Shown: in pieces, positions 11,104 through 21,312 of the stretch | Position numbering within the stretch: position 1 is the stretch's first letter | Layout of the letters: every line of letters starts with the position of its first letter | Source: a virus | Lineage: Duplodnaviria > Caudoviricetes | DNA length: 64,000 nucleotides | Virus record (IMG/VR): IMGVR_UViG_3300038345_000144 | Reading direction: 5' to 3' (one strand) | The notes under the pieces: model-generated | The model's database searches: none | Told to the model about the DNA's origin: nothing | What the model saw: the letters and a program-made list of their open reading frames with translations, nothing else | Translations under genes and position numbers: made by a program

Positions 11104-11869
11104 AGCGAGCCTCAAATACGAGTGCAACCTCACAAGAGGCGATAGTATAGTCTTTGAACAGGTCTTCAACCAACTCAACTGATATGATTTTAGGTGGTTC
11201 ATAAGGAGCCTCTTCAGTAAAGCCCCTACCACGACTCTCGGATAACATCATCTTTGGCATAGCGTCCAACTGGGGATTAACTCTACCTAAATATGTGTGA
11301 TTATAGTGTGTTTCATAAGGAATATTGCTTTCCTTTGAGGTATTGTAGGTATAACTACTGATTTCCCTCAATTCAAGTTCCTTATCCTTGAGAATTTCAA
11401 TCTGGCTAATCTTTCTCTTGGTCTGTTCAACACAAGTATTGACCGCCTCACTAAAGGTTTCATCATAAGCGTCCTTGATTTCACTTGATAAAGGATTGAT
11501 TTGATAACGAACATCCATATCCTTATCAGCAACCATATTAAGAATTGCTACAAGGTCATTTGCTACCACATCAGTCTTATCAAGATAAGCATTGAACTCA
11601 ACGCTTCCGTTATAGCCCAAAACCTTTTCCTTCATATTGTGCTTATAGTCAACTTCCTTATGAGTATAAAGTCTTTCCTGCTTAAATGAGTCAGGTCTGT
11701 ATGACTCTAATCCCGTAATGAAAGTCTTTGCATTGTCAAGTTTCTGGTTGATTTGCTTTACAACCTCTTCAACCGTTCTTGCTCTTTCTCTGATTGTAAA
11801 GCACAAAGATACCTCTTTCGGAGCAATTTTCTTTGTTACTTTACAGTTGAACTTCATCAGTGTACTCAT
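11102..11869 (-). CDS. SIMPL (DUF541/YggE-like) domain protein
   Basis: N-terminal KKIAPKEVSLCFTI, GY..S motif, EAV..., C-terminal CEVALVFE pattern. Confidence 0.55.
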   Translation of the reverse strand: MSTLMKFNCKVTKKIAPKEVSLCFTIRERARTVEEVVKQINQKLDNAKTFITGLESYRPDSFKQERLYTHKEVDYKHNMKEKVLGYNGSVEFNAYLDKTDVVANDLVAILNMVADKDMDVRYQINPLSSEIKDAYDETFSEAVNTCVEQTKRKISQIEILKDKELELREISSYTYNTSKESNIPYETHYNHTYLGRVNPQLDAMPKMMLSESRGRGFTEEAPYEPPKIISVELVEDLFKDYTIASCEVALVFEAR

Positions 11870-11887
11870 ATAAAATATATTCCTTTC

Positions 11888-13522
11888 TTAAAGCAATCTC
11901 TCATCGTGTGATACAACTATCCACTGGTTCTTGTCCTTCTGCATAATCTCCTTAACAGCCATAAGGTTGTTAGAGTCAAGGTTAGCAAAGGACTCGTCCA
12001 TTACAAGCGGTAAATTAGGCATAAACATATCTCTGATAGTCAAAATCAATGAAAATGCTACAATTCCACGCTCGCCCTGTGATAGTGTGGCTACGGGCAA
12101 AGTCTTCTTGACCGTATAATCCTTATCGTATAACTCTGCCTTATAGATACCGTCATCAATAAACAACCTTACATAACGGTTATTGATTTCAGAAAGTAAC
12201 TTTGATGCACCAGCAACAATCTGCTCTGCATAGAAAGCCTTACACTGTGAGATATACTCATCGGCAATAGCAATACACTCTTTATCAATATCATATGCCT
12301 TACGAGCCTGCAATAACTCTGAAATCTTGGCGAAATCTTTATTGAGACCCTCAAGTTCTGACTTCTTTTTATCAAATTTAGCAAATAACTCGTTTGTATG
12401 GGCATTATAAGTGCTTAAAATACTCTCAAAATCGACATCTTTTGAATATTCTACTGGAGCCATCAACTTAATAATGTGCCAGTATTTTACAGATGACGCA
12501 AATTCAGAGAACGAATATGCTGATTTATCGGCTAAAATCTTCTCCAAATTCAATATTTTTGCATTATCAATGGTATCATAGTCGATTTTAGGCTCTACAA
12601 AGTCGGGTTTTCCGCATAAAGCACACTTACATTCAGCCTTACTTTCCTTAATAAGTGAAGCAATCGTTGACTTCGGATATTTAGAAAGCGGGCTTGCAGT
12701 AGTCTTTTTCTTCTCTTCTTCGAGTTCCTTCTCGACATTAGCAAAGTAGTTATTCCACTCTTCTTCAGTCTTACCATAGGTTCTTAACCTCAAGCAAGTT
12801 TCTCTGTCATAAGGGGGAGTAACACCTTCAACCTTTGCCTGTAAATCTTGATAAACAGCAAAGTCCTCTTTTGCCTTCTTTGCCTTAATGAAGTCATTAT
12901 CAGCAACGAAAGTCTTTGACCTAATCTGCTTATCAAGTTCTGCAACCTCGTCGGTTAAAGCGTCTACATCTGCCTGTGTAACCTCTTGGTTCTTAATCTG
13001 GCTCTCTAATGTAGACTTGTGCTTCTGATTATATGATTTATCAGAAACGAAATACTGTCTTACGGCATTGACCTCATCAAACTCTCTCTCAAGAATTTCA
13101 AAGAGATAGTTTGTGTTCAAGACAGTAGACTTATATAACGGCTCACAACCCCAAAGGCTCGTAAGCACGGACTCGGATATAATCCTATTCAAAATCTCCT
13201 TACTTTCATTTCTGGTTCTGGAGATAAGTTCTTCATCTTTATATAACTTATAACTTGATGTCTTACCTACTTCTCTTTCTATGATATAGGTAGAGGCATT
13301 GTGAGTAAACTTCAATACAATCTTGGTAGGCTTGGTAATATCTACTAAACTTTCAAAATTGAGATTTGCTGGTCTTTTATCAAATAAGCAAAGAATAATC
13401 GCTTCAATAAGACTTGTCTTTCCCTCACCATTTTTCCAGTTAATAATGTTCAACCTTTCGAAATCCACTTTCTTGTGGTCAAAACATTTCCAGTTAATCA
13501 TACTAATACTATTTAGTATCAT
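11888..13522 (-). CDS. sbcC: SbcC/Rad50 (gp46-like) ATPase
   Basis: NWKCF, NGEGKTS Walker A, CALC zinc hook, LSQGE signature, MDE Walker B, SH. Confidence 0.92.
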   Translation of the reverse strand: MILNSISMINWKCFDHKKVDFERLNIINWKNGEGKTSLIEAIILCLFDKRPANLNFESLVDITKPTKIVLKFTHNASTYIIEREVGKTSSYKLYKDEELISRTRNESKEILNRIISESVLTSLWGCEPLYKSTVLNTNYLFEILEREFDEVNAVRQYFVSDKSYNQKHKSTLESQIKNQEVTQADVDALTDEVAELDKQIRSKTFVADNDFIKAKKAKEDFAVYQDLQAKVEGVTPPYDRETCLRLRTYGKTEEEWNNYFANVEKELEEEKKKTTASPLSKYPKSTIASLIKESKAECKCALCGKPDFVEPKIDYDTIDNAKILNLEKILADKSAYSFSEFASSVKYWHIIKLMAPVEYSKDVDFESILSTYNAHTNELFAKFDKKKSELEGLNKDFAKISELLQARKAYDIDKECIAIADEYISQCKAFYAEQIVAGASKLLSEINNRYVRLFIDDGIYKAELYDKDYTVKKTLPVATLSQGERGIVAFSLILTIRDMFMPNLPLVMDESFANLDSNNLMAVKEIMQKDKNQWIVVSHDERLL

Positions 13523-13553
13523 CGAGTTCCTCCGACAATTTTTCCATTAAACT

Positions 13554-13583
13554 ATTATAGCACAAAATACAATGTCTTGTAAA
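13554..13583 (-). promoter_or_regulatory. sigmaA-like promoter for sbcC
   Basis: TTTACA-18-TATAAT (with extended TG) on the minus strand. Confidence 0.6.
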
Positions 13584-13904
13584 TTACTTCTTCGGAAGTA
13601 CAATCTTGGTTTCTTTAGTAATATTAGCGTCCTTAAATGAAGTCAAAACAAGGGACGCATTAGTAAAGTCGGCACTATCGAGATTAGCATTGTCAAAATT
13701 ACAAGCGTCTAATGTAGTACCAATAAACTTGGCTCCTTCGAGATTAGCCCCCGTAAAAATTGCACCCATAAGATTGTAGTTAGAGAAGTCATAACCTCTC
13801 AAATCCTGATTAGTGAAATCTGCACGAAGTCTATCAAAAGGCTGGTCTAAATCATCAGTTAACCAATTCTGGTGTAAACGAATAATCTCGTCTAAATTCA
13901 TCAT
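13584..13904 (-). CDS. pentapeptide repeat protein
   Basis: A(D/N)L/F xx repeats; start moved to MMNLDE, which has an SD. Confidence 0.85.
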   Translation of the reverse strand: MMNLDEIIRLHQNWLTDDLDQPFDRLRADFTNQDLRGYDFSNYNLMGAIFTGANLEGAKFIGTTLDACNFDNANLDSADFTNASLVLTSFKDANITKETKIVLPKK

Positions 13905-14060
13905 AAGCAATAAATTCCTTTCAATAAACGAAAAAAGAGTAATTCTGTAAAACAAGCAGAAAAACTCTTACTACTCATTTACATAATTTACTTTATTAAA
14001 TAACCCCCACCTATGAGCCGAACATAAGTGGGGGGAAAATTAGTCAAACTTCTTTAGTTA

Positions 14061-14492
14061 TCAGAACAAGTCGCCAAACTCGTCATCAACTGAAGCCTCT
14101 GCGGGCTTTGTTGCAGGCTTTGACTTCTTTGCAGGTGCTTCATCAGTACCCTCTTCAGCAGTCTCACCAGCAGTAGCCTTACCACCAGGGAAGTAGGCTT
14201 CATCAATGACTACCTGATAACCGTAGACCATTGAGCCGTCTGCTTTCTTGTAGTTGTTCTGGACAACCTCACCGACAATAACGATTGTGTCGTCCTTTGC
14301 AAAATTGTTAGCGATGAACTTTGCAGTTCCTTCTCTGAAGCAAATCATATCAAAGAAGTCATTAACCTTCTTTGTCTCGCCAGTAGGGATGAAGTTCTTT
14401 CTAACCGCACCCTTAAACTTAACGGTCTTGCCCTCTTCGCCAACAGTCTTAATCTCATCTGTAATTCTTGCAGTACATACAAACTTTTGCAT
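14061..14492 (-). CDS. ssb: single-stranded DNA-binding protein
   Basis: OB-fold motifs, acidic C-terminus DDEFGDLF. Confidence 0.85.
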   Translation of the reverse strand: MQKFVCTARITDEIKTVGEEGKTVKFKGAVRKNFIPTGETKKVNDFFDMICFREGTAKFIANNFAKDDTIVIVGEVVQNNYKKADGSMVYGYQVVIDEAYFPGGKATAGETAEEGTDEAPAKKSKPATKPAEASVDDEFGDLF

Positions 14493-14579
14493 AAACAATA
14501 CTCCTTTAGTTAGTAAAAAAATAAATAGTTATATAATATCAGTCTCGGCTCAACTGTTATTACCGAAATTAGAAGAGGC

Positions 14580-14873
14580 TTACTCTTCTGGCTTTTCCTC
14601 TTCCTTGATTTCTCCGAAAAGGTTAAGTCTGAAAAGCATAGCCATATCATCAGGGTCCTTACAGTACAACTTTGCGTGTGTCAACTGTCCACCTCTGATA
14701 AGTGCAAACATACCTGCCATCTGTGACAACTTTGACTTAAGATTAAATCTATTATCCTCATCATCGTACAGAATTACTGCACCCTTACAATTGTCGATTG
14801 CCTTAATCAACTTGTCGAAATCCACATCATAAATCTCGAAAAACTTGGGATTTCCGTTACCAAAATTCTCCAT
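14580..14873 (-). CDS. small conserved Clostridia protein (HPr-like fold family)
   Basis: IDNCKGAV..RFNLKSKLSQ motif. Confidence 0.5.
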   Translation of the reverse strand: MENFGNGNPKFFEIYDVDFDKLIKAIDNCKGAVILYDDEDNRFNLKSKLSQMAGMFALIRGGQLTHAKLYCKDPDDMAMLFRLNLFGEIKEEEKPEE

Positions 14874-15008
14874 TTTTATTACCTTCTTTCTCTTTTTATA
14901 CCTTTAATAGTATATCACATTTTTGCAAAATAGTAAAGTTCGTACAATAATATTCCCTCTCCACTATCGCTAATGGAGAGGGATAAGTTATGACAAACTA
15001 ATCAGCGA

Positions 15009-15302
15009 TTACTTTGCAACTTCGACCTTGACAGCCTTCTTTGCAACGGGCTTCTTTGCGGGAGCCTTCTTTGCGGTCTCAAGAGTCTTAACCTTTGCAA
15101 GAGCAACCTTCTCGTTAGCCTTTGCCTTCTTGACCTTCTCTGTTGCCTTAACAACCTCTGCCTTTGCCTTTGCAAGAGCCTTCTCTGCCGCCTTTACATC
15201 AGCAGTAGCCTTCTTTGCATTAGCCTTTGCCTTTACGATAGGGTCAACCTTCTTTGCAACGGGCTTAACCTCTGTCTTCTCTGTCTTAATTTCTTTAGCC
15301 AT
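15009..15302 (-). CDS. histone H1-like Lys/Ala-rich basic protein
   Basis: Very K/A-rich, PAKK repeats; SD before MAKEIK. Confidence 0.7.
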   Translation of the reverse strand: MAKEIKTEKTEVKPVAKKVDPIVKAKANAKKATADVKAAEKALAKAKAEVVKATEKVKKAKANEKVALAKVKTLETAKKAPAKKPVAKKAVKVEVAK

Positions 15303-15534
15303 AATTTTAATTCCTTTCGTTTTTTTAGCCAAAATTTCCTTTATAATTAAACAAGGTTATCCTTGTGTAATTAACTTATTAGATTGTGTTGGGAAAAATC
15401 ATAAACAACACAATGCGACAATTTTTTGTGTTTGTTCTTCTAACATAATTAAATAGTCGTTCATTCCTACTATTTTCAACATATAAGCATTATACACACT
15501 TCATTTCTGTTTGTAAAGCATTTTTTGAAAATTT

Positions 15535-16308
15535 TTATAGTCGTTCAAATACTTTACCAAGACTATCGTGAAATACTAAATCGGCTTTGTTATCAAAGTC
15601 AGTTTTCTGATTATTGATGATTACCAAATGTTTTCCGTGAAATAGCGGAACAAGATTATTAGCAGGAGCGACCTTTAATGATGTGCCTCCGACAATCAAC
15701 AGGTCTGCTTTCTTTACTTCATCTACGGCTGACCTAAATGCTGGTGGCAAGAACTCTCCATATAAACTTATCTTTGGTCTGATAAATGCTTTATCGTGAG
15801 GACAATACTCATTCTCTTCATTATCGCAAGCGTGACATAGCGGTATCTCATCTGGACAAGTAAAGATGTATTCAGCAGGATATTCTCTACCACAACGCCT
15901 ACAATAACATACTTGTCCTGTACCGTGTATCTCTAATACTTTTGTACTGCCTGCCTTCTGGTGTAAACCGTCAAGGTTTTGAGTTACAACGGTAAGATTG
16001 TGAGTTTTCTCTAATTCTGCAAGTTTTTTATGCGTTATATTAGGTTCTATGCCCTTCAGATTAAATTTCTGGCGATAATATTCGTAAAAGACCTTTGTAT
16101 CATCATATAAGCAATAACTACTTAACAGGTATTCTGGTTCATACTTCTCAAACTGTACTTCGTGTTGATTATATAGACCATTTTTACTTCTGAAATCTGG
16201 AACACCACTCTCGGTTGATACTCCAGCACCGCCAAAGAATACTATTTTCTGGGCTTCATCAATATACTGTTGAAGTTGCTTGATTTTCGCATTAAAAGTC
16301 TGGAACAT
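15535..16308 (-). CDS. cobB: Sir2/CobB NAD-dependent protein deacylase
   Basis: GAGVSTESGVPDFRS, TQNLDGLH, HG, CxxC..CxxC, GTSL. Confidence 0.93.
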   Translation of the reverse strand: MFQTFNAKIKQLQQYIDEAQKIVFFGGAGVSTESGVPDFRSKNGLYNQHEVQFEKYEPEYLLSSYCLYDDTKVFYEYYRQKFNLKGIEPNITHKKLAELEKTHNLTVVTQNLDGLHQKAGSTKVLEIHGTGQVCYCRRCGREYPAEYIFTCPDEIPLCHACDNEENEYCPHDKAFIRPKISLYGEFLPPAFRSAVDEVKKADLLIVGGTSLKVAPANNLVPLFHGKHLVIINNQKTDFDNKADLVFHDSLGKVFERL

Positions 16309-16332
16309 ATAGTATTTTTCCTTTCATATAAA

Positions 16333-16413
16333 TAAAAACCCCCATTACGAGGAATAATGTGCATAACGATTGCAGTCTCCTACAACGAACGAGAAACCTC
16401 CATATCTGGAGAA
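16333..16413 (-). CRISPR. CRISPR-like mini-array C: 2 degenerate repeats, 1 spacer
   Basis: Plus strand TAAAAACCCCCATTACGAGGAA (16333-16354) and GAGAAACCTCCATATCTGGAGAA (16391-16413), 36 nt apart; same repeat family as arrays A and B. Confidence 0.75.
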
Positions 16414-16414
16414 G

Positions 16415-16783
16415 TTATTTTAAGTATTTTGGTATCTGGTCATAGGCTTTCCAGAATTCTTGGACACTTATCTTACCGAATTCTTCTTTATCCAATCTGG
16501 TAAATTCATAGCCTACATTACCGTGAGGTCCGAACATATCTATTCGCTTGATACGCTGACCTTTCTTATAAATATCAATAGTAAAGTGTAATGTACCAGA
16601 CCAAATGGTTGATACTAATAAGACTTCCGTATTATGATTTTCTGCCAAAGTAATACACTTACTTCTAACAGGATTATACGGATTATCTTTAATGGTAACT
16701 TCCTCAAGATGAAGAGCCTCACGAACAGCGTCAAACACTATTCGGCTTACCTTAACCTTGTGAAGAAAACATACTCTTTCCAC
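16415..16783 (-). CDS. hypothetical protein
   Basis: ORF with SD. Confidence 0.55.
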   Translation of the reverse strand: MERVCFLHKVKVSRIVFDAVREALHLEEVTIKDNPYNPVRSKCITLAENHNTEVLLVSTIWSGTLHFTIDIYKKGQRIKRIDMFGPHGNVGYEFTRLDKEEFGKISVQEFWKAYDQIPKYLK

Positions 16784-16814
16784 AAAAATTCCTTCCTTTG
16801 CGAATAAAAGTCAA

Positions 16815-17114
16815 TTAAGACGGCTTAACATACAAAGTGATTTTGATGTCCTCATCAGTAGAGTCATAACCACATACATCGACCTCAAGTTCATATTGCT
16901 TAAACATTTCCTTTATCTTGTAGTCTAACTCTGCGGTTATATCAAAATCTGAAATAACTATTCCTAATGACGAAATAGGGTATATTTCAAATACGGCTCG
17001 GTTAGCATCACTAATGCCCTTGTACTTCATTCGTACACCTGTTTTATCTCGCCACATTTCCTTGTTAAATTCACCCTCTATCTCTTTGAGGGGGTATGTC
17101 TGTAAATCTTTCAT
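16815..17114 (-). CDS. hypothetical protein
   Basis: ORF with AAGGAG SD. Confidence 0.6.
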   Translation of the reverse strand: MKDLQTYPLKEIEGEFNKEMWRDKTGVRMKYKGISDANRAVFEIYPISSLGIVISDFDITAELDYKIKEMFKQYELEVDVCGYDSTDEDIKITLYVKPS

Positions 17115-17147
17115 AGTGAACTCCTTAAATCAATATAAACCCACAAA

Positions 17148-17600
17148 TTACTTCTGGTCACGGAGAACAGTTACTCCGTCCAGTTTAGTTATAGTAACTT
17201 CGGTGCGTGGGTTTTGCTTGTCATACGCCACATAACTGCCGTCTGTGGAATATATAAAATTGCAGTTATCATCTTTAACACAACCATACTTTTTTAAGAT
17301 GTCGTGTAAAGCCTGATGTAAGTTGGTAATATCAACCGCCCTGCGTGTTTCCATATAGAAAACTGCCTTAACATTAACAGGATAATCAATATTTTCAGCA
17401 GGAATATACTTCTTACAAGCCCTCTCATATTTCTGATACTGTGGGCTTGGCACGATATATAGTGTTACAGGAATTGAGGCTCCGTTCTTGCCTTTGACAT
17501 AAATGACTTGTCCTCTACCAGTATGTCTTCCCGTCTTTGCTATAATCTGTGAGTGGTTCTTTTTGGTTACAGGGCAAACAGGAATGGTAAATTCAATCAT
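17148..17600 (-). CDS. rusA: RusA-family Holliday junction resolvase
   Basis: PVTKKN start, DITNL..ALHD..L, DD, NPRTEVTI. Confidence 0.85.
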   Translation of the reverse strand: MIEFTIPVCPVTKKNHSQIIAKTGRHTGRGQVIYVKGKNGASIPVTLYIVPSPQYQKYERACKKYIPAENIDYPVNVKAVFYMETRRAVDITNLHQALHDILKKYGCVKDDNCNFIYSTDGSYVAYDKQNPRTEVTITKLDGVTVLRDQK

Positions 17601-17917
17601 TACTCGTCTCCTTTTGCGTTAGCCTCTTTCTTGGCATTTGCCTTTGCCAAATTACGCCTTGACTGTTCCTTCTGTTCCTCGGTCAAATGAACAGGCGTTC
17701 TATACGAAATGAGTTTCTTGGAAAATCTATATGTAGCCGACCATTCATCACGCTTAATGCACTTATAGTCATCAGGGAACTTGGCACACTTTTCGTCCAA
17801 CTTTCTCATTTCAACAGGGTCAGCAGTATAGACCTCTGCCATCTTCTCGGCGTTATTATAGTTTGCTATTGTTTCCATTTCCAATTTAGAGAATGGATTT
17901 CTTTCTGTCTTTTCCAT
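17600..17917 (-). CDS. conserved phage-type hypothetical protein
   Basis: ETIANYNNAEKMAEVYT..LTEEQKEQ..L pattern. Confidence 0.6.
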   Translation of the reverse strand: MEKTERNPFSKLEMETIANYNNAEKMAEVYTADPVEMRKLDEKCAKFPDDYKCIKRDEWSATYRFSKKLISYRTPVHLTEEQKEQSRRNLAKANAKKEANAKGDE

Positions 17918-18045
17918 AATTGTTCCTTTCCGTACTCCTCGTACCCGTAGTATAACAACTACCTTATTACTTGTAAAGTTATATAAAAGAAGACCAAGCC
18001 CAACGCAGGGTTGAACTTGGTTTGATTATTCTAAATAAATTCCAT

Positions 18046-18339
18046 TCAACAACCCTTCTTGGGGTCAAACTTTATCTTAACAATTCGATATAATGTTATA
18101 CCCTGTTTCTCAAGATAAATGTTACCAGCACAATAACCTACAACTTGATGAAGGCTATCATACTGTGCGTCGTCAATCTCAAAATACTTTGGACGACCTT
18201 TGCTTCGGTAAACAACCACATATTTATGTTGCTGTCTATCTGGTGCAATCTCATCAGTTTCTACGAACTCAATTTTCACAAAGTCCATATCTACATCATA
18301 GAAGCCATACTCGTTACCGTAGTAGTAATAATCTTCCAT
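18046..18339 (-). CDS. hypothetical protein
   Basis: ORF with SD. Confidence 0.6.
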   Translation of the reverse strand: MEDYYYYGNEYGFYDVDMDFVKIEFVETDEIAPDRQQHKYVVVYRSKGRPKYFEIDDAQYDSLHQVVGYCAGNIYLEKQGITLYRIVKIKFDPKKGC

Positions 18340-18351
18340 AGTGTTTCTCCT

Positions 18352-18825
18352 TTACCACTGGTTCATAAACTCATCGGGAGTCTGAATACTCATTGAGTAA
18401 CTGTCTTCTTTACCTGTCTTGGTCTGATACCTCTTAATAATATCAAGCAAAGTCTCCAACTCTTCTAACTTGAGAGGAATTGTTCTGAATTGATACTCAA
18501 AGAGTAAGTAGTATCTATTTGACTCGTTCTTGACTTGCTGACAACTCTTTTCCTCTGCCTTAACAAAATCACTTAACTCGGACATAAGACTTGTCTTGAG
18601 CCTGATAACTTCATCAAACATTTCTCTGTTACGAGCCGACCATACAGAGCCTCCCTCTTGGCAGTCGGTCCAGCAGTTCCTTATCTTATCCCATTGAAAG
18701 TTGTGTAAGACATCAAGGGAAATTGTAAAATTGATAACATACTCAATCTCGCTATTCTCGGAAATGTAGTTCTTGAATAACGATGGAGAACAGTTTGTTA
18801 TCGTTCCTGAATATGTTTGAAACAT
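18352..18825 (-). CDS. hypothetical protein, paralog of 18841-19341
   Basis: WDKIRNCWTDCQEG vs WDKKKNSWTDCELG. Confidence 0.7.
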   Translation of the reverse strand: MFQTYSGTITNCSPSLFKNYISENSEIEYVINFTISLDVLHNFQWDKIRNCWTDCQEGGSVWSARNREMFDEVIRLKTSLMSELSDFVKAEEKSCQQVKNESNRYYLLFEYQFRTIPLKLEELETLLDIIKRYQTKTGKEDSYSMSIQTPDEFMNQW

Positions 18826-18840
18826 AGTGCTTTTTCTCCT

Positions 18841-19341
18841 TTATCTTAAATATATTTCGGGAGTACCAATATACAAATGATGTTGGTAATCGTGTTTCTC
18901 ATCTGCTAAATCTCTTGGGGTGAGTGTATCTCGGCTATCATATAACTTCAAAGTCCTGCATAACTCGTTCAATAACTCATCTACGGTAATTGGACGGGTT
19001 CTGAAGCAATAGTTTATACTAACCCAATATACATTAGAGTCGGTATGAACTTCTTGTTGGTCTTTTATCTCTGTTTTTACCCAACCCTCGATGTCATTCC
19101 AAAATTGTTGCTTTTGCTTCATAGCCTCTCGGAAAAACTTACTGTTTCGGTTTCTCCAAGTATCGCTACCCAACTCGCAATCAGTCCAACTGTTCTTTTT
19201 CTTGTCCCACTTATAATCATTAGGTACAGGAAGATTTAGAAATATGTGTATTTCATATTCTCTTTCTTCTTCTCTTGGAATGTAGTTATTAAAGTAACAA
19301 ATATCTACACTTTTAATACTACCTTGATAAGTACAATACAT
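18841..19341 (-). CDS. hypothetical protein, paralog of 18352-18825
   Basis: Shared motifs; start at MYCTYQG after GGAGG. Confidence 0.7.
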   Translation of the reverse strand: MYCTYQGSIKSVDICYFNNYIPREEEREYEIHIFLNLPVPNDYKWDKKKNSWTDCELGSDTWRNRNSKFFREAMKQKQQFWNDIEGWVKTEIKDQQEVHTDSNVYWVSINYCFRTRPITVDELLNELCRTLKLYDSRDTLTPRDLADEKHDYQHHLYIGTPEIYLR

Positions 19342-19355
19342 ACAGGGTCTCCTCC

Positions 19356-19940
19356 TTAACAATGGAAATCAAGCACATAGAAGAAACGAGTACGGTTAGA
19401 TTTATCCAACTCTGCCCTACGCTGTTGTTCAACTTCTTTTTGTAGAGCGTCTATCTTTGCCCTAATCTTTTTCATTTGCTTGTCATAGTATTCTTTTACT
19501 GAAGTAGAAACCATCCAGTTACGACATACAGGACAATATAACTTGTATTGCAAAGCGATTTCCTTCTTATAACGGGACTCACACTTATCACAACTACAAG
19601 TAGCAGATGTTCTCTCTTTGAACTTCTCAATACACTTTGCTCTATAATCTTGTTCCCACTCACGCTCTTCTTGTTCACGGTCTTGCAGTTTCTTTATATT
19701 TTTCTGAAGACTTTTTGAAGGCTCTGTGGTTTTAACCTTACAGATACCACCCTCACCATATCCTCTGCTTAAGAACTCATATGCTTCGTCTTCAGTGGTA
19801 AATGTCTTATCATAATAGGTAAAATCGCCGCCGTAATCGTAATAATCGCTGTTTAATTTACGGTCAACTATGTCCTCCACTTCTGAAATTGCTTGTTCTT
19901 TAGTTTTAGCATCTAAAAATCCACTTGATATTTCGTGCAT
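19356..19940 (-). CDS. hypothetical zinc-ribbon/coiled-coil protein
   Basis: CxxC...CPVC; SD present. Confidence 0.6.
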   Translation of the reverse strand: MHEISSGFLDAKTKEQAISEVEDIVDRKLNSDYYDYGGDFTYYDKTFTTEDEAYEFLSRGYGEGGICKVKTTEPSKSLQKNIKKLQDREQEEREWEQDYRAKCIEKFKERTSATCSCDKCESRYKKEIALQYKLYCPVCRNWMVSTSVKEYYDKQMKKIRAKIDALQKEVEQQRRAELDKSNRTRFFYVLDFHC

Positions 19941-19952
19941 AATAGTTCTCCT

Positions 19953-21288
19953 TTAATCTTCTTCTCTCTCAAGCCTATAAATTGCCATATCTATGAATTC
20001 CTTATGCCCCTCTACGCAGTCATATACCCATTCATTACTGACGGTATCACAACAGCCTAAAGTACCATAAGTCTTGGCACATCGCTCGCAATCCTTATAG
20101 AGTTCCTTCGGAATTTTCTCTGGTTTATAAGACATAGCCTTCTCCTTTAGATGTATTGATAATCAATGTGTAATTGTAACATTAGATGAACTGTCATCAT
20201 TTTACCGATATTAGGGTCTGCCCAATGAATTGTGGCTTTTCCATCATCAAAAGACCAATCACAATCCTTTGTCAAAAGATTGATATAAAATGTCGGCTCA
20301 TCTCGAACAGCATCCGCTACTTCCTTTACAAGACTAAAGAAATCCTCTTCGGAATAGCAATCTTTTGTTTGAAAATACTGACAATTTGCATTTTGGATAG
20401 ACACTCTGGCAAAATAATACAATTTTGAGTTGGTATTTTGTATTCCTTTATTACCTGCTTTAAGCATTTCAAAACAATCGCCTATGTGCATAATGGTTCT
20501 CCTTTACCAATATATTGTAAAATCTTCATTTACGCCAACAACTTTAGCGTCTGGGTCAATAGAATGAATTATCTCCTCTAAATTATGCCAACCAATGTCA
20601 TTGTTCTCTTTCTTGGCATCAATAACCTTTTGAAAGTCTTTGGTTTCTTTATCTGAAATAACGATGGCAAGTACATTACCCCATTCATCACAATCTCTCA
20701 ATAAATGATACATAGGTACTCCTTATCCGAGAATAATGTGCTTTTCAGGGGCTAACTCTTCACCGTGGTCGCCTTCAAAATCTTCAGCGTTCTGTGATGT
20801 GAGTTCGGTAAATCCATAATATAAACCGTGATACCCATTACCCTCATCATCTCTGGAAATGTAAATCTGTCTATTTCCATAACCCTTGCTTATTTCTTCA
20901 CTACATAATTCCATAAGTTCTTTTACAGTAATAACAGCCATAATATTCTCCTCTCTTATTTATACGAAGTTACTAAAAAGCGTACATATACCAAAGGGAG
21001 CATTTCGTCTGCTGGGTTAGTCCAATGAATAACTCCAATACCGCCTGTAAACTCCCAATCATCTTCTTCACAATGCCTAATAATATCATCGGCTCTTGTG
21101 TCGTACATATCCTTAATGTAAGAGTAAAAACCCTCTTTGGTTGTGCAGAGTGCTTTATCGCTAACTTGTCTTGCATCATCCTCTGAAAAGAAAGATAATG
21201 CTACTTCAAAAATACACTGGCTAATATCCAGTTTGGCTCCTGCTTCATTATAAGCAGTTAAAGCGTTAAAAACCTCATCAATTTTCAT
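19953..21288 (-). CDS. cluster of five small hypothetical ORFs (19953-20135, 20147-20491, 20504-20713, 20723-20941, 20956-21288)
   Basis: Each preceded by (AA)GGAGA SD, tightly packed; 20147 and 20956 share a DW.F..G...IHW..P motif. Confidence 0.6.
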
Positions 21289-21312
21289 AACCTATTCTCC
21301 TCTCAATAGGCT

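Noticed and set aside
15535-16308. Sir2 as a Thoeris/DSR-type defence NADase
   Set aside because: Canonical zinc-binding CobB-type deacylase with no partner genes
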